Source of the DNA: Microcoleaceae cyanobacterium
GTDB lineage: Bacteria > Cyanobacteriota > Cyanobacteriia > Cyanobacteriales > Microcoleaceae
NCBI GenBank assembly: GCA_051652765.1
Contig: JBOFUV010000036.1
Coordinates: 1-64,000, forward strand
DNA length: 64,000 nt
Direction: 5' to 3'
The position numbers and the translations under genes are program-made. Position 1 is the first letter of the stretch; the number at the start of each line of letters is the position of its first letter. Below the pieces are notes generated by a model that saw only the letters and a list, made by a program, of their open reading frames with translations, did no database searches and was not told the DNA's origin. Positions 9,130-19,150 of this stretch are shown here, piece after piece.

Positions 9130-9231
9130 ATCTAGAGTGGGCATTCTTGTCCTTGCCGGTTCAGTACCTGCACCGCAGACACCGCAGAGACATCATCAAT
9201 CATTCCTGATAGCGATCAATTTGGCACTCGA

Positions 9232-9936
9232 CTAAACCCTTACTAGTAAGTGATTGATGTCTCGGTTAAAGCCCAAAACTACCATTACCATGCCTTTCTT
9301 TAGGCGCTTATTGGGGAGTGGATTGATTTCCGAATGTTCCTTCTCATCCCGAACGGCCAGCAACGTCAGACCATACTTGCCGCGCAGTTCTAACTCTGAA
9401 ATTGTTTTCCCGTCAAACTCACTGGGAACTAACATTTCGACGATACTGTTTTCAGCGTCCAACTCGAACTCTTCCAACAATTGAGGCCGAGTCAGTCGGC
9501 GAGCTAGTTCTGTTCCCATCTCTCGCTCTGGAAAAACAACCAGATCAGCCCCAACTTTTTCTAAAATTTTCTTATGGGTTGCTGAAGAAGCTTTGGCAAC
9601 GACATTTTTCACACCCCCTTCCTTTAAGTTCAGAGTCGTTGTAATACTCTCAGCCAGGTAGTTTCCCACTGCAACAATCACCGTATTAAAGTCGTAAACT
9701 CCTGCTTCTGCAAGGGATTGAGCTTCTGTTGAATCCAGTTGTAAGGCATGGGAAGCTATTTGACTACTTAATGTATGCTGCACCTTCTTTTCATCCTTGT
9801 CAACGGCCAAAACCTCATGACCAGAATTGTGCAAGGTCGCGCAAACTGCCAGACCAAATCGACCTAAACCAATCACTGCAAATGGTTCCTTTTCGACCCG
9901 ATTATTCCGAAAAAAACTCAAGCGAGATAAATCCAT
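9232..9936 (-). CDS. ktrA: Ktr/Trk K+ uptake RCK subunit
   Basis: FAVIGLGRFG Rossmann motif, VVFPEREMG; adjacent to ktrB. Confidence 0.93.
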   Translation of the reverse strand: MDLSRLSFFRNNRVEKEPFAVIGLGRFGLAVCATLHNSGHEVLAVDKDEKKVQHTLSSQIASHALQLDSTEAQSLAEAGVYDFNTVIVAVGNYLAESITTTLNLKEGGVKNVVAKASSATHKKILEKVGADLVVFPEREMGTELARRLTRPQLLEEFELDAENSIVEMLVPSEFDGKTISELELRGKYGLTLLAVRDEKEHSEINPLPNKRLKKGMVMVVLGFNRDINHLLVRV

Positions 9937-9997
9937 AGTTCCACCTAAAGTTAAGATACAAGAATTGTCTATTCAGAGCTAATCCAAGCAACCCTAC

Positions 9998-10074
9998 ACC
10001 AAATCACACTGAACCAAATCACACTTACCAAACAACACTTAACCAAATCACACTTAACCAAACAACACTTAACC
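9998..10074. repeat. ~15-bp tandem repeat x5 overlapping the ktrB stop codon
   Basis: ACCAAATCACACTTA / ACCAAACAACACTTA units. Confidence 0.9.
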
Positions 10075-11418
10075 GACTAGAAGATTTTCCTCTGGATACT
10101 CGATAGAGGTAGATTTTGGATCGCCAACCAGTGCCAATATCAGTAATAATATTCCAACCCGACCAATATACATCGTTAGAATAATAATTAGCCGTGATAG
10201 TGTTGAGAGCTTTGCTGTAATTCCAGTCGATAAACCAACGGTTCCAAAGGCTGAAACCACCTCAAAAAAAATATCCCCAAACTCAAGATCAAGCTGTACA
10301 AGACCAATGAAAAATATTGCAACGCCAACTACACCCATTGAACCCAGGACAACACTGACGGCCTTGAAAACCAGAGCGTCAGGAATCTTGCGCTGGTAAC
10401 AGAGAACCTCATCTCGGCCCTGTAATGCCGCTTTCATACAATTTAATAGAATTCTAAAGGTTGTTGTTTTGACTCCACCTCCTGTGCTTCCTGGACTCGC
10501 TCCAATAAACATTAAAATGATCGTTAAAAAGAGACTTGACTGAGCCATTTGACCATTATCAATGGTATTGAATCCGGCTGTACGGGCCGTAACAGATTGA
10601 AACCAGGCTGCCAGTACTTTATGGGGAAAGCTCAAGCCTGCTAGGGTTGCTGGATTATTGAACTCGGTAATCAAAATCATGACTGTACCAAACATCAGCA
10701 ACACCAGAGTCATACTCGTAACAACTTTGAAATGCAGTGAAAATTCACGGCGACCCGGAGTATTCGAGAGCTGATGCTTGAGCCAAAGGTAAAGTTCAAT
10801 AATCACTTGATAGCCCAAGCCGCCAAAAATGATTAGCAGCGTGATAACCCCATTAACTAGGGGAGAGGTGACATACTTCATTAAGCTGGTTGGAAATAAG
10901 CTAAACCCAGCATTGTCAAAGGCATTGACGCTGTGAAATATGGACAGCCATAAGCCTTCGGCCAGACCCTGTTCTGGAACAAAAACAAGCATCAACAAAA
11001 TAATTCCAGTCAACTGAAACAGAGTCATAGTTGCGATCACTGACTTGAACAGGGACATCACTCCACCCAAACTCGCTGTATCCAAGGTTTGCTGCAAGGC
11101 CACCCGACCTTTCAGTCCCATCTTCCGGCCAATCAACAGCAATAACACAGTTGTTGCGGTCATGTAGCCCAGGGCTCCAATCTGAATAAAGCTGACCAAG
11201 ACTAATTGACCCCAAAAAGAATAGTAAGTCCCCACATCAACCACAGATAATCCGGTCACGCACACGCCAGAGGTGATCGTAAACAGAGCGGTAACCACTT
11301 CATTCCCAAATCCTGCCCAAACCGCCGCCTCACTTCTGGAGAAAGGCATCAGCAATAAAATTGTCCCGGCTGTAATCACAGCTAAAAACCCAAGGCAGAC
11401 AGTTTGGGCTACAGTCAT
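10069..11418 (-). CDS. ktrB: Ktr/TrkH K+ uptake membrane subunit (start may extend to GTG at 11460)
   Basis: VCVTGL, RTAGFN, GSTGGGVKT, SAFGTVGLS motifs. Confidence 0.94.
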   Translation of the reverse strand: MTVAQTVCLGFLAVITAGTILLLMPFSRSEAAVWAGFGNEVVTALFTITSGVCVTGLSVVDVGTYYSFWGQLVLVSFIQIGALGYMTATTVLLLLIGRKMGLKGRVALQQTLDTASLGGVMSLFKSVIATMTLFQLTGIILLMLVFVPEQGLAEGLWLSIFHSVNAFDNAGFSLFPTSLMKYVTSPLVNGVITLLIIFGGLGYQVIIELYLWLKHQLSNTPGRREFSLHFKVVTSMTLVLLMFGTVMILITEFNNPATLAGLSFPHKVLAAWFQSVTARTAGFNTIDNGQMAQSSLFLTIILMFIGASPGSTGGGVKTTTFRILLNCMKAALQGRDEVLCYQRKIPDALVFKAVSVVLGSMGVVGVAIFFIGLVQLDLEFGDIFFEVVSAFGTVGLSTGITAKLSTLSRLIIILTMYIGRVGILLLILALVGDPKSTSIEYPEENLLVG

Positions 11419-11595
11419 CTGTCGTTGACGTTTGAACTTAGGAGGATCGGATGAGTCCACAATATTGCCTTAATAGGTATTCTGAGAGAATTATTCTGAG
11501 ATTATTGATTCTGAGACTATTCTAGAGGTTCAGTGTGCAGGAGATTCTCAGGATCTGTAAAATTTCAAGGGATTCCCATCGCGTAAATTGCAACC

Positions 11596-12465
11596 ATGAA
11601 TTCAGTTCTGTATCAACAAATTCAACACCTCTATGATTCTTCCTCTGGCCTGTGGGAACAGATTTGGGGAGAACACATGCATCATGGATATTATGGCGCA
11701 GATGGAACTGTCAATAAAGAACGCCGCCAAGCTCAAATTGACCTAATCGAAGAATTCTTAACCTGGGGTCTGGCAGGTCAGAACAGTATCACCCCTGAAT
11801 TCTCTCAAATTCTGGATGTCGGTTGTGGGATTGGCGGGAGCACCCTGTATCTAGCCGAGAAGTTCATGGCAAGGGCGACTGGGATTACCTTGAGTTCAGT
11901 CCAGGCGAAACGAGCGACCGAACGGATTGCCGCCGCAGGCTTGCAACCACAGGTGAACGTTCAGGTGGCAGATGCCTTACAAATGCCATTTGCAGACAAC
12001 GCCTTTGACCTCGTTTGGTCATTGGAAAGCGGGGAACATATGCCGAACAAGATTCGGTTTTTGCAGGAATGCTATCGGGTGTTAAAACCGGGGGGTTTGC
12101 TGCTAATGGCGACTTGGTGTCATCGTCCCGTTGGTGGGGGTGCAAAACAGTTAACCGAGGCAGAGCGCAAACATCTAGCAGAAATTTACCGAGTTTATGC
12201 GTTGCCCTATGTGATTTCTTTGCCGGAGTATGAAGACATTGCCACCCGCGTTGGGTTTCAAGAGATTCAAACCGCAGACTGGTCAACGGCAGTGGCCCCC
12301 TTCTGGACAGTGGTGATAGATTCTACTTTTCGGCTTGAATCTATTATTGGGCTGCTCTCCAGCGGCTGGACAACCATCCAAGCGGCTTTATCCTTGGGAC
12401 TCATGAGTCGCGGTTACCAAACTGGATTGATTCGATTTGGGCTGTTGCATGGGATGAAACCCTAA
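11596..12465 (+). CDS. vte4: Gamma-tocopherol methyltransferase
   Basis: YDSSSGLWEQIWGEHMHHGYYG, ILDVGCGIGG, WSLESGEHM. Confidence 0.85.
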   Translation: MNSVLYQQIQHLYDSSSGLWEQIWGEHMHHGYYGADGTVNKERRQAQIDLIEEFLTWGLAGQNSITPEFSQILDVGCGIGGSTLYLAEKFMARATGITLSSVQAKRATERIAAAGLQPQVNVQVADALQMPFADNAFDLVWSLESGEHMPNKIRFLQECYRVLKPGGLLLMATWCHRPVGGGAKQLTEAERKHLAEIYRVYALPYVISLPEYEDIATRVGFQEIQTADWSTAVAPFWTVVIDSTFRLESIIGLLSSGWTTIQAALSLGLMSRGYQTGLIRFGLLHGMKP

Positions 12466-12953
12466 ACATTTTTCCTCATCTCATAATCATCCATGACAAA
12501 CCCATTACCAATATCTTGAACCAGAGCACGAACAATTTGAAACCCAAATTGTTCGTAGGCTTTGATAGAACTGTAATTGATTTTGTTAACAGTTAAGCTA
12601 ATACAGTTCAAATGATGATCTCTGGTTATCTTTTCTAAAAAACCTATCGTCAATCTGCCAATCCCTTGACCTCGCATCGTAGATTTGACATAGATTTTAC
12701 TCAGGAAAAGCGATGAATCACGCACTTGGAAAGCCAGGTAACCGATAGCAATCTGTCCCAGGGTAATCAGGTAATACTCAGCCCCATTGGTAACCTGCTC
12801 CATGATTGCTGCCGCTGATTGAAATTTGGCCAACATGTACTCAACTTGAGCCGTGCCAATCATGGCAGTGTAGTGTTCTCGCCAGATTTCATCTGCTAAC
12901 CCAGCGATGACTTGATAGCTGTTTAGATCCGAAGCTTTCACCATCTCAATCAT
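12462..12953 (-). CDS. GNAT family acetyltransferase
   Basis: LSKIYV, RGQGIG, AYEQFGF, GNGFVMDDY; ORF extension to 12992 lies in a tandem repeat. Confidence 0.9.
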   Translation of the reverse strand: MIEMVKASDLNSYQVIAGLADEIWREHYTAMIGTAQVEYMLAKFQSAAAIMEQVTNGAEYYLITLGQIAIGYLAFQVRDSSLFLSKIYVKSTMRGQGIGRLTIGFLEKITRDHHLNCISLTVNKINYSSIKAYEQFGFQIVRALVQDIGNGFVMDDYEMRKNV

Positions 12954-12956
12954 AGG

Positions 12957-13001
12957 GATTTGCCATAAAGACTTGCCATAAAGATTTGCCATAAAGATTT
13001 G
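12957..13001. repeat. 13-bp tandem repeat x3.5
   Basis: GATTTGCCATAAA units. Confidence 0.9.
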
Positions 13002-13112
13002 ACTTTTTAAGGTTGTGGATTGAATCCTATTGGATGACAGTCCTGGCTATTTCAGTTTGGATGCTGAACGGTTTAACACAGCTCAGTTTGCCGGTCACTA
13101 AATCAAACTTGA

Positions 13113-14744
13113 TCAAACTTTATGAAATTGACCCACAACTAAAGGTTCATCTTGATTTTTTTGCGCTTGCAACAACAAACCATACTCCAACCCTTCCACA
13201 ATGGCTTGATAGGATGCATCCAAAATATTGGTAGACACGCCAACGGTTGTCCAGCGTTGATGCCCATTGCTGGACTCGACTAAGACACGGGTTTTGGCTA
13301 GGGTTCCATCTCGTCCATCCAGAATCCGAACTTTATAATCCGTCAGGTGAAACTCAGCGATCGCCGGATAAAAGTTGGTCAATGCCTTTCTCAAAGCCAG
13401 GTCTAGGGCAGAAACAGGGCCATTTCCCTCGGCTGCTGCAAGAATTTCTTCTCCATTCACCTTCACTTTCACCGTTGCCAGGGAGTTACTCCCCTGTGCC
13501 GTTGCTTTTTGGCACTGAACCTGAAAGCCTTGAATTTCAAAAAAATCTTGGCGAGTGTCCAAGGTCTCGCGCATCAGCAGTTCAAAGCTAGCTTCAGCCG
13601 CTTCAAATTGGTAGCCTTCGTGTTCTAGTTCTTTGAGTTGCTGTAGTAGTTTGCGACTGGCGGGGTCGTTGCGATCCAGTTCCAGACCAAAGCTGCGCGC
13701 CTTGACTAACACATTGCTCAAGCCAGACTGCTCTGAAATCACAATTCGGCGCTTATTCCCCACCAGTTCTGGCTGAATGTGTTCGTAGGTTAACGGATTG
13801 CGTTCTACGGCTGAAACGTGAATCCCGCCCTTGTGGGCAAAGGCGGACAAGCCCACGTAAGGCGCGTGTTCATCGGGGGCCAGATTGACAATTTCGCTGA
13901 TGAATCGACTGGATTCTGCTAATTGGGCCAATTGATCGCCAATACAGCCATAGCCTAACTTCAGTTGTAGATTGGGAATCAGGGTACAGAGATTAGCGTT
14001 GCCACACCGTTCTCCATAGCCGTTAACAGTTCCCTGCACCATTCGGGCTCCCTGCATCACAGCAGCCAAGGCATTGGCAACTGCAGTTCCAGCGTCGTTG
14101 TGGGTATGAATTCCCAGTTGGGGAACTGGGGAGAGTTGCCAAGTGAAAATTGCCTGGTGAACTGCTTGCACCACTTCCGTAACCTCATGGGGCAAGGTTC
14201 CACCATTGGTATCACAGAGAACCAGCCATTCCGCTCCAGCACGGGCCGCTGCTTCCAAGCTTTTCAGGGCATATTTGGGATTGCATTTGTAGCCGTCAAA
14301 CCAGTGTTCGGCATCATAAATCACTCGTCGTTCTTGAGAACCCAGGTACTCGATTGAGTCCTGAATCATGGCTAGGTTTTCATCCAGGCTCGTTTTCAAG
14401 CTTTCGGTCACATGTAAGTCCCAGGATTTACCAAAAATTGTGACCCAGCGAGTTCCGGCAGAGAGAATGGCTTGCAAGGTTTGATCCTCTGCTGCCTTCA
14501 GATTGGGTCGTCGTGTGGAGCAAAAGGCAACGACCTCAGCCTGTTTCAGCGGTTCTTCTTGCAACCGCCAGAAAAATTGTACATCCTTGGGATTTGCCCC
14601 TGGCCAACCCCCCTCAATGAAAGGAATTCCCAATTCGTCGAGCCGATGAGCAATTCGCAACTTATCTTCCAAGGAAAGCGATAATCCTTCCCGTTGAGCA
14701 CCATCTCTCAGGGTTGTGTCATAGATCCAAATTGGGTGGGTCAT
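13113..14744 (-). CDS. cimA: Citramalate synthase
   Basis: YDTTLRDGAQREG, HTHND, GYGERCGNA, AFAHKGGIH, LeuA-type regulatory C-terminus. Confidence 0.92.
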   Translation of the reverse strand: MTHPIWIYDTTLRDGAQREGLSLSLEDKLRIAHRLDELGIPFIEGGWPGANPKDVQFFWRLQEEPLKQAEVVAFCSTRRPNLKAAEDQTLQAILSAGTRWVTIFGKSWDLHVTESLKTSLDENLAMIQDSIEYLGSQERRVIYDAEHWFDGYKCNPKYALKSLEAAARAGAEWLVLCDTNGGTLPHEVTEVVQAVHQAIFTWQLSPVPQLGIHTHNDAGTAVANALAAVMQGARMVQGTVNGYGERCGNANLCTLIPNLQLKLGYGCIGDQLAQLAESSRFISEIVNLAPDEHAPYVGLSAFAHKGGIHVSAVERNPLTYEHIQPELVGNKRRIVISEQSGLSNVLVKARSFGLELDRNDPASRKLLQQLKELEHEGYQFEAAEASFELLMRETLDTRQDFFEIQGFQVQCQKATAQGSNSLATVKVKVNGEEILAAAEGNGPVSALDLALRKALTNFYPAIAEFHLTDYKVRILDGRDGTLAKTRVLVESSNGHQRWTTVGVSTNILDASYQAIVEGLEYGLLLQAQKNQDEPLVVGQFHKV

Positions 14745-14788
14745 GGGTCATTTCTGGGTCGGGGTTAACAGACTGAAGTTAATGACGA

Positions 14789-14901
14789 ATAGCAATCCTA
14801 AATCAATCAGGGGAGATCTTAAGAGAGGGGTTTGGGGACGAAATCCCCCAGGAGGAGGCAACGCCCCCTACCCCTTCTCACAACTCATTTGAGATTGCTA
14901 T
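14789..14901. mobile_element. MITE-like dispersed repeat, copy 2
   Basis: Terminal inverted repeats ATAGCAATCCTAAAT ... ATTTGAGATTGCTAT; core GAGGGGTTTGGGGACGAAATCCCCCAGGAGG. Confidence 0.7.
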
Positions 14902-15133
14902 ATCTAATTGCTATATCTAGTTGATATTGAGTGATGAGTCCCAAATCTCAGGATTTGAATTCTAGAGGTTATGGGGATTGAAACATTATTAGAAATTATA
15001 GAAGCTGTGAGGCCACCCTGATCCAACACTCCCAGACTGCCCTCAGACAAAAATCAGCCTGCCTTGCCCCGATCCTCTCGTCGCCAGACATGATCGCGAA
15101 TTGGATGGTCGCGAGGTGAACGGTCGTGAATGA

Positions 15134-15171
15134 TTGACGAATATAATACAACAAACTACAATACAACTACA
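15134..15171 (+). promoter_or_regulatory. sigma70-type promoter of rtcB overlapped by direct repeats
   Basis: TTGACG (15134-15139), 17-nt spacer, TACAAT (15157-15162); AATACAAC x2, ACTACA x2. Confidence 0.75.
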
Positions 15172-15185
15172 TTCGTCTTACAGCT

Positions 15186-16367
15186 ATGCCGTACGAAACA
15201 TTAAACATATCAACCCCTAAGCCAATTCTTTCTTGGGCCAATCACGGGTTGGCGGCTCAAGAAACTCAAATGGCAAAAAATGTTGCCTCTCTACCGTTTG
15301 TCTTCAAACATGTTGCTCTCATGCCAGACGTTCATCTGGGCATAGGAGCATTAGTGGGTTCTGTGGTGGCAACTCAAGATGCGATTATTCCGGCTGCCAT
15401 CGGTGTAGATATTGGCTGCGGCATGGGTGCTATAAAAACCCCATTTACAGCCGATCAACTTGAGGGAAAGCTAAAGAAAATTCGCCAGGAAATTGAAGCC
15501 ACTATTCCAGTCGGATTTAATGAAAACAAAGATGCTGAAAGATCCGTGAGTAACTGGCAAGGCTGGAGGCAGTTTAAGGAATTGCATCCGGGGGTACAAA
15601 CCCTAGAGATCAAAGCTATGAAGCAGTTGGGTTCTTTGGGGGGAGGAAACCACTTTATTGAACTCTGCATTGATACTGAGAATTCGGTCTGGCTGATGCT
15701 TCATTCTGGCTCCCGACATATTGGGAATATGCTGGCAAAACACCATATTAATACCGCAAAAAACTTGGCAAAACTTGCAGAAAATCGATTACCCGATCCA
15801 GATTTAGCTTACTTCGTCGCAGGCACTCCAGAATTTACAAGTTACTGGCAAGATTTACAATGGGCACAAGATTACGCTCGATTTAATCGGGATGTGATGA
15901 TGGCACGATTCAAAAGAATTGTTGAGACTGCTGTTGCTGGAGGCAAACCCACTAAGCCCTTGCTTGAGGTCAACTGTCATCACAACTATGCCGAAAAAGA
16001 GGTGCATTTTGGCGAAGAAGTGTATGTTACCCGCAAAGGAGCCGTTCGAGCCCAAGCATCAGACTACGGAATTATTCCTGGATCAATGGGAGCTAAATCT
16101 TTTATTGTCAAGGGGAAAGGCAACCCAGAAAGCTACTGTAGCTGTTCCCATGGAGCGGGACGGTTAATGTCTCGAAATAAGGCAAAAAATAGCTTTACGC
16201 TGGATGACTTGATCCAACAAACTCAAGGTGTTGAATGTCGCAAGGACGAGGGTGTTTTGGATGAGATTCCTGGTGCTTATAAACCAATTGATCAGGTCAT
16301 GGAACACCAAACTGATTTGGTCGAAGTTGTGGCGACATTGAAGCAAGTGGTTTGTGTCAAAGGTTGA
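15186..16367 (+). CDS. rtcB: RtcB family RNA ligase
   Basis: MPDVH, DIGCG, GGGNHF, HSGSR, HHNYA, SHGAGR, YKPI motifs. Confidence 0.97.
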   Translation: MPYETLNISTPKPILSWANHGLAAQETQMAKNVASLPFVFKHVALMPDVHLGIGALVGSVVATQDAIIPAAIGVDIGCGMGAIKTPFTADQLEGKLKKIRQEIEATIPVGFNENKDAERSVSNWQGWRQFKELHPGVQTLEIKAMKQLGSLGGGNHFIELCIDTENSVWLMLHSGSRHIGNMLAKHHINTAKNLAKLAENRLPDPDLAYFVAGTPEFTSYWQDLQWAQDYARFNRDVMMARFKRIVETAVAGGKPTKPLLEVNCHHNYAEKEVHFGEEVYVTRKGAVRAQASDYGIIPGSMGAKSFIVKGKGNPESYCSCSHGAGRLMSRNKAKNSFTLDDLIQQTQGVECRKDEGVLDEIPGAYKPIDQVMEHQTDLVEVVATLKQVVCVKG

Positions 16368-16420
16368 TTCTGCAAGAATTTAACCCCTTAGCTGCTGCTT
16401 TATGACTCTGAAGCAACAAT

Positions 16421-16657
16421 TTGAGCCTAACCATTGTTGGTTTAGAGTGTCTTCCGGGGGTTGCACGTCGGCTGTTTCACTGCCGTGATCTCGGGGAACC
16501 ATCTGAGTTTCTCACCTGGTTTGAATTCGCACCGGAGCATACCAAGGCTTTCGATGAACTACTGGTACGGATGCGGGCGAGGAAAGAATGGGAGTATGTG
16601 GAGCGCGAGGTTGAGGTTCGTCTAGAGCGTGATGACCTCGCCATCGGTGATGATTGA
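16421..16657 (+). pseudogene. C-terminal fragment of a chlorite dismutase (Cld)-family protein
   Basis: GLECLPGVARRLFHCRDLGEPSEFLTWFEFAP...RMRARKEWEYVEREVEVRL resembles Cld-like C-terminus; only 53 bp separates it from rtcB, so no room for the N-terminus. Confidence 0.65.
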
Positions 16658-16960
16658 TTAGATATCTGTGGCGTAGGCTCGAAGCCTGCACGGTCAAGAT
16701 GCCTACTTCACGATCACGTTTCAGATCAGATTGCTATGGTATCTGAAGCAGATAAGATGCACCTCTCTGAATCCTAGGGATTCATTTCAGGGATTTATTT
16801 AATTGATCACAACGGCTGAATTCATCTTGGTGCAAGGCACATCAGGATCTTTGAGGGAGTCTCTTTCCATATCAATTAATTTAATTTATAGCAATCGTAA
16901 CTTTTTATTAAAAGTAAGTTATATTGTATCTGTCTACACAAAACTAAACCAGGTAAACGC

Positions 16961-17362
16961 ATGACTGACATAGTTGATACCGCCGTTAATGCTGGTTCTT
17001 TTACTACTTTAGTTGCCGCAGTTAAAGCTGCAGGACTAGTAGAGACCCTTAAAGGTGCAGGCCCATTCACCGTCTTCGCTCCTACTGACGAAGCATTTGC
17101 CAAACTTCCAGCAGGTACTGTTGAAGGCTTGCTTAAAGATCTTCCCAAGCTCAAGCAAATTTTGACCTACCACGTTGTCGCTGGCAAGGTGATGGCATCT
17201 GATGTTGTTAAATTGAAATCAGCAAAGACAGTTGAAGGTTCAGATATAAAAATTGATGCCTCCAATGGTGTAAAGGTGAACGATTCTACAGTGACAACAC
17301 CTGATGTTGCTGCTGACAATGGCGTTATTCACATCATCGATACAGTATTGCTTCCTGCATAA
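16961..17362 (+). CDS. Single fasciclin (FAS1) domain protein
   Basis: [29 protein letters not shown]. Confidence 0.96.
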   Translation: MTDIVDTAVNAGSFTTLVAAVKAAGLVETLKGAGPFTVFAPTDEAFAKLPAGTVEGLLKDLPKLKQILTYHVVAGKVMASDVVKLKSAKTVEGSDIKIDASNGVKVNDSTVTTPDVAADNGVIHIIDTVLLPA

Positions 17363-17498
17363 GCCAATACGTAAATAGCGTTACTGATTGATAGAATGCT
17401 TCTGGTGCGGGTTTCTAGCTTGCTTAAGCAAGATTGCCCACACTATGTTCATCCTCAGATTAGGTTGTTATAGCCCTGAAATTTAATCAGTGAATGTG

Positions 17499-17531
17499 AG
17501 GCAGTAGTGTTAAGAAGCTACTGCCTTTTTG
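17499..17531 (+). terminator. Intrinsic terminator
   Basis: AGGCAGTAG-loop-CTACTGCCT then T run. Confidence 0.65.
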
Positions 17532-17566
17532 CTGTCGGAGTGAGGTAGCCTACCCTGCATGGATAC

Positions 17567-18415
17567 TCACTGAACTTCTACCGAAAATTCGTACTCATAC
17601 CCTCGGAAGTTGGAATCCAACTCAATCGTATATTCTCCACTCAGGGGAACTTGTCCTGTCCATTCAGTTTGTTTCCCCGGAGGCCCTGATACCTCATTCA
17701 AAGATTGACCATCCGGCGTGACAATGCGGGGAAACACGGCCTGATAACTTTCGACTGTTAAGGTTTGTCCCGCCTTTGCCTCTACAGTGTAACGATGGCT
17801 GCCTCCACCAATAATCTGACCCTTCACTAACGCTGAATGACCTCCCGGCAAAAACTGGATCGGCTGCTCCATGTTAGTACAACTGCTGCGGGTACGGTTT
17901 TTGGCAATCCAACCTTTTACAGGACTGTTAATCTGTAACCACCCGTCTTTTTCCTGTTCAATCGATACAAAAGTCTGGTTTTCGAGCTGACCCACAATGT
18001 TGCTGTCAGAGACTTTGGGCTCAGATCGAACGTTCAGGGGGGGTTCAGGATCATCCACAACAGCCATACTGATACGACATCCTTCTGCCATAGGCCGAAT
18101 CACTACGGGACTGGCGGTAGAGGCAGGAGAGACTTCAGGGGAATTGGGAGCAGCCGGAGGACGGGGAGATGGAGGAGAAGAACTTGTTGATTCAGAGGGC
18201 CTAGAGGAAGGCACGACTGGACTGGGATCAGGCGTTTTAGGTTTGGTCTGAGGTTCGGTTTTGGGTTGGGAGGGGGATGCCTGAGAAGAGACCTGAGCAA
18301 TTGGCTCGGGTTCAGGCTGAGAGGAACGAGATTGGATCGTTGTATAGGCTACTGCTACTGCTGTGGTCACCCCAGCCACCCCAGCAATAACCCATTGGTT
18401 TGGTTTGAAGGACAT
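17567..18415 (-). CDS. Membrane-anchored bacterial SH3 domain protein with Pro/Ser linker and C-terminal beta domain
   Basis: PLNVRSEP...GWLQINSPVKGWI; N-terminal TM. Confidence 0.85.
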   Translation of the reverse strand: MSFKPNQWVIAGVAGVTTAVAVAYTTIQSRSSQPEPEPIAQVSSQASPSQPKTEPQTKPKTPDPSPVVPSSRPSESTSSSPPSPRPPAAPNSPEVSPASTASPVVIRPMAEGCRISMAVVDDPEPPLNVRSEPKVSDSNIVGQLENQTFVSIEQEKDGWLQINSPVKGWIAKNRTRSSCTNMEQPIQFLPGGHSALVKGQIIGGGSHRYTVEAKAGQTLTVESYQAVFPRIVTPDGQSLNEVSGPPGKQTEWTGQVPLSGEYTIELDSNFRGYEYEFSVEVQ

Positions 18416-18448
18416 AATCACTTACCTGCTGTTCTGCTATAGAAATGT

Positions 18449-18492
18449 TTGACAAGACTGCTTGACAAGACTGCTTGACAAGAATATTTGAC
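18449..18492. repeat. 13-bp tandem repeat x3 (each begins TTGACA)
   Basis: TTGACAAGACTGC x2 + TTGACAAGAATAT. Confidence 0.9.
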
Positions 18493-19150
18493 GGAAATAC
18501 TATAACAATCTGATTGGAAGCATGAACGTGGAGTGGGAATCTTGACCGCACATACTAGAAGTTTGCACCACAGACATTCCATGAATTATGACTGATTGCT
18601 ATAGATCAATGACAGTTCGGAAAATAATCTCTGTTTAAACGTTACGAGATTAGGGTTTAGTATTCCGGATTGTTCTTCAAAAACTTAGCTTACAGCAATT
18701 TTTAGATGAATACATCTCTAATGAAGGGGAAGTCGGAGTCGGGAATAGAGACTAAACAAGCAAAAACAACTGTATCAAAAGTTAATTGAGTTATTAGCCG
18801 GGAAGTTCCTTGAATTGCCAGTAAGCACTGATATCGAATCCGTTTGATTATTCTGTTTGATGAATTAGGTATATCCACCCTGGGTATACCCTGAAAGGGA
18901 TGAAAATGCTTGCCACTTGGCTAATCCGGGGTCAACTTGTGGGCAATGGAGAATGCCAATTGACAAATCTCAAGCAGGATCTGAGGAAACCCAAACCCTA
19001 TCGTTCACAATTGTTTAGGAGGATGTTACCCGCAAGACTTACTAGCGAGATTTCCTAGGAATATACTAGTTACTACATCTAGTTACTACATAAAGGATAT
19101 CCTGTAGCTAATTTCTCGAAAAGCATCTTAATTCACCTCAGAGCGTTTCT

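Noticed and set aside
9998..10074. Five-copy repeat as mini-CRISPR or iterons
   Set aside because: No spacers and no rep gene; fits the local tandem duplication pattern
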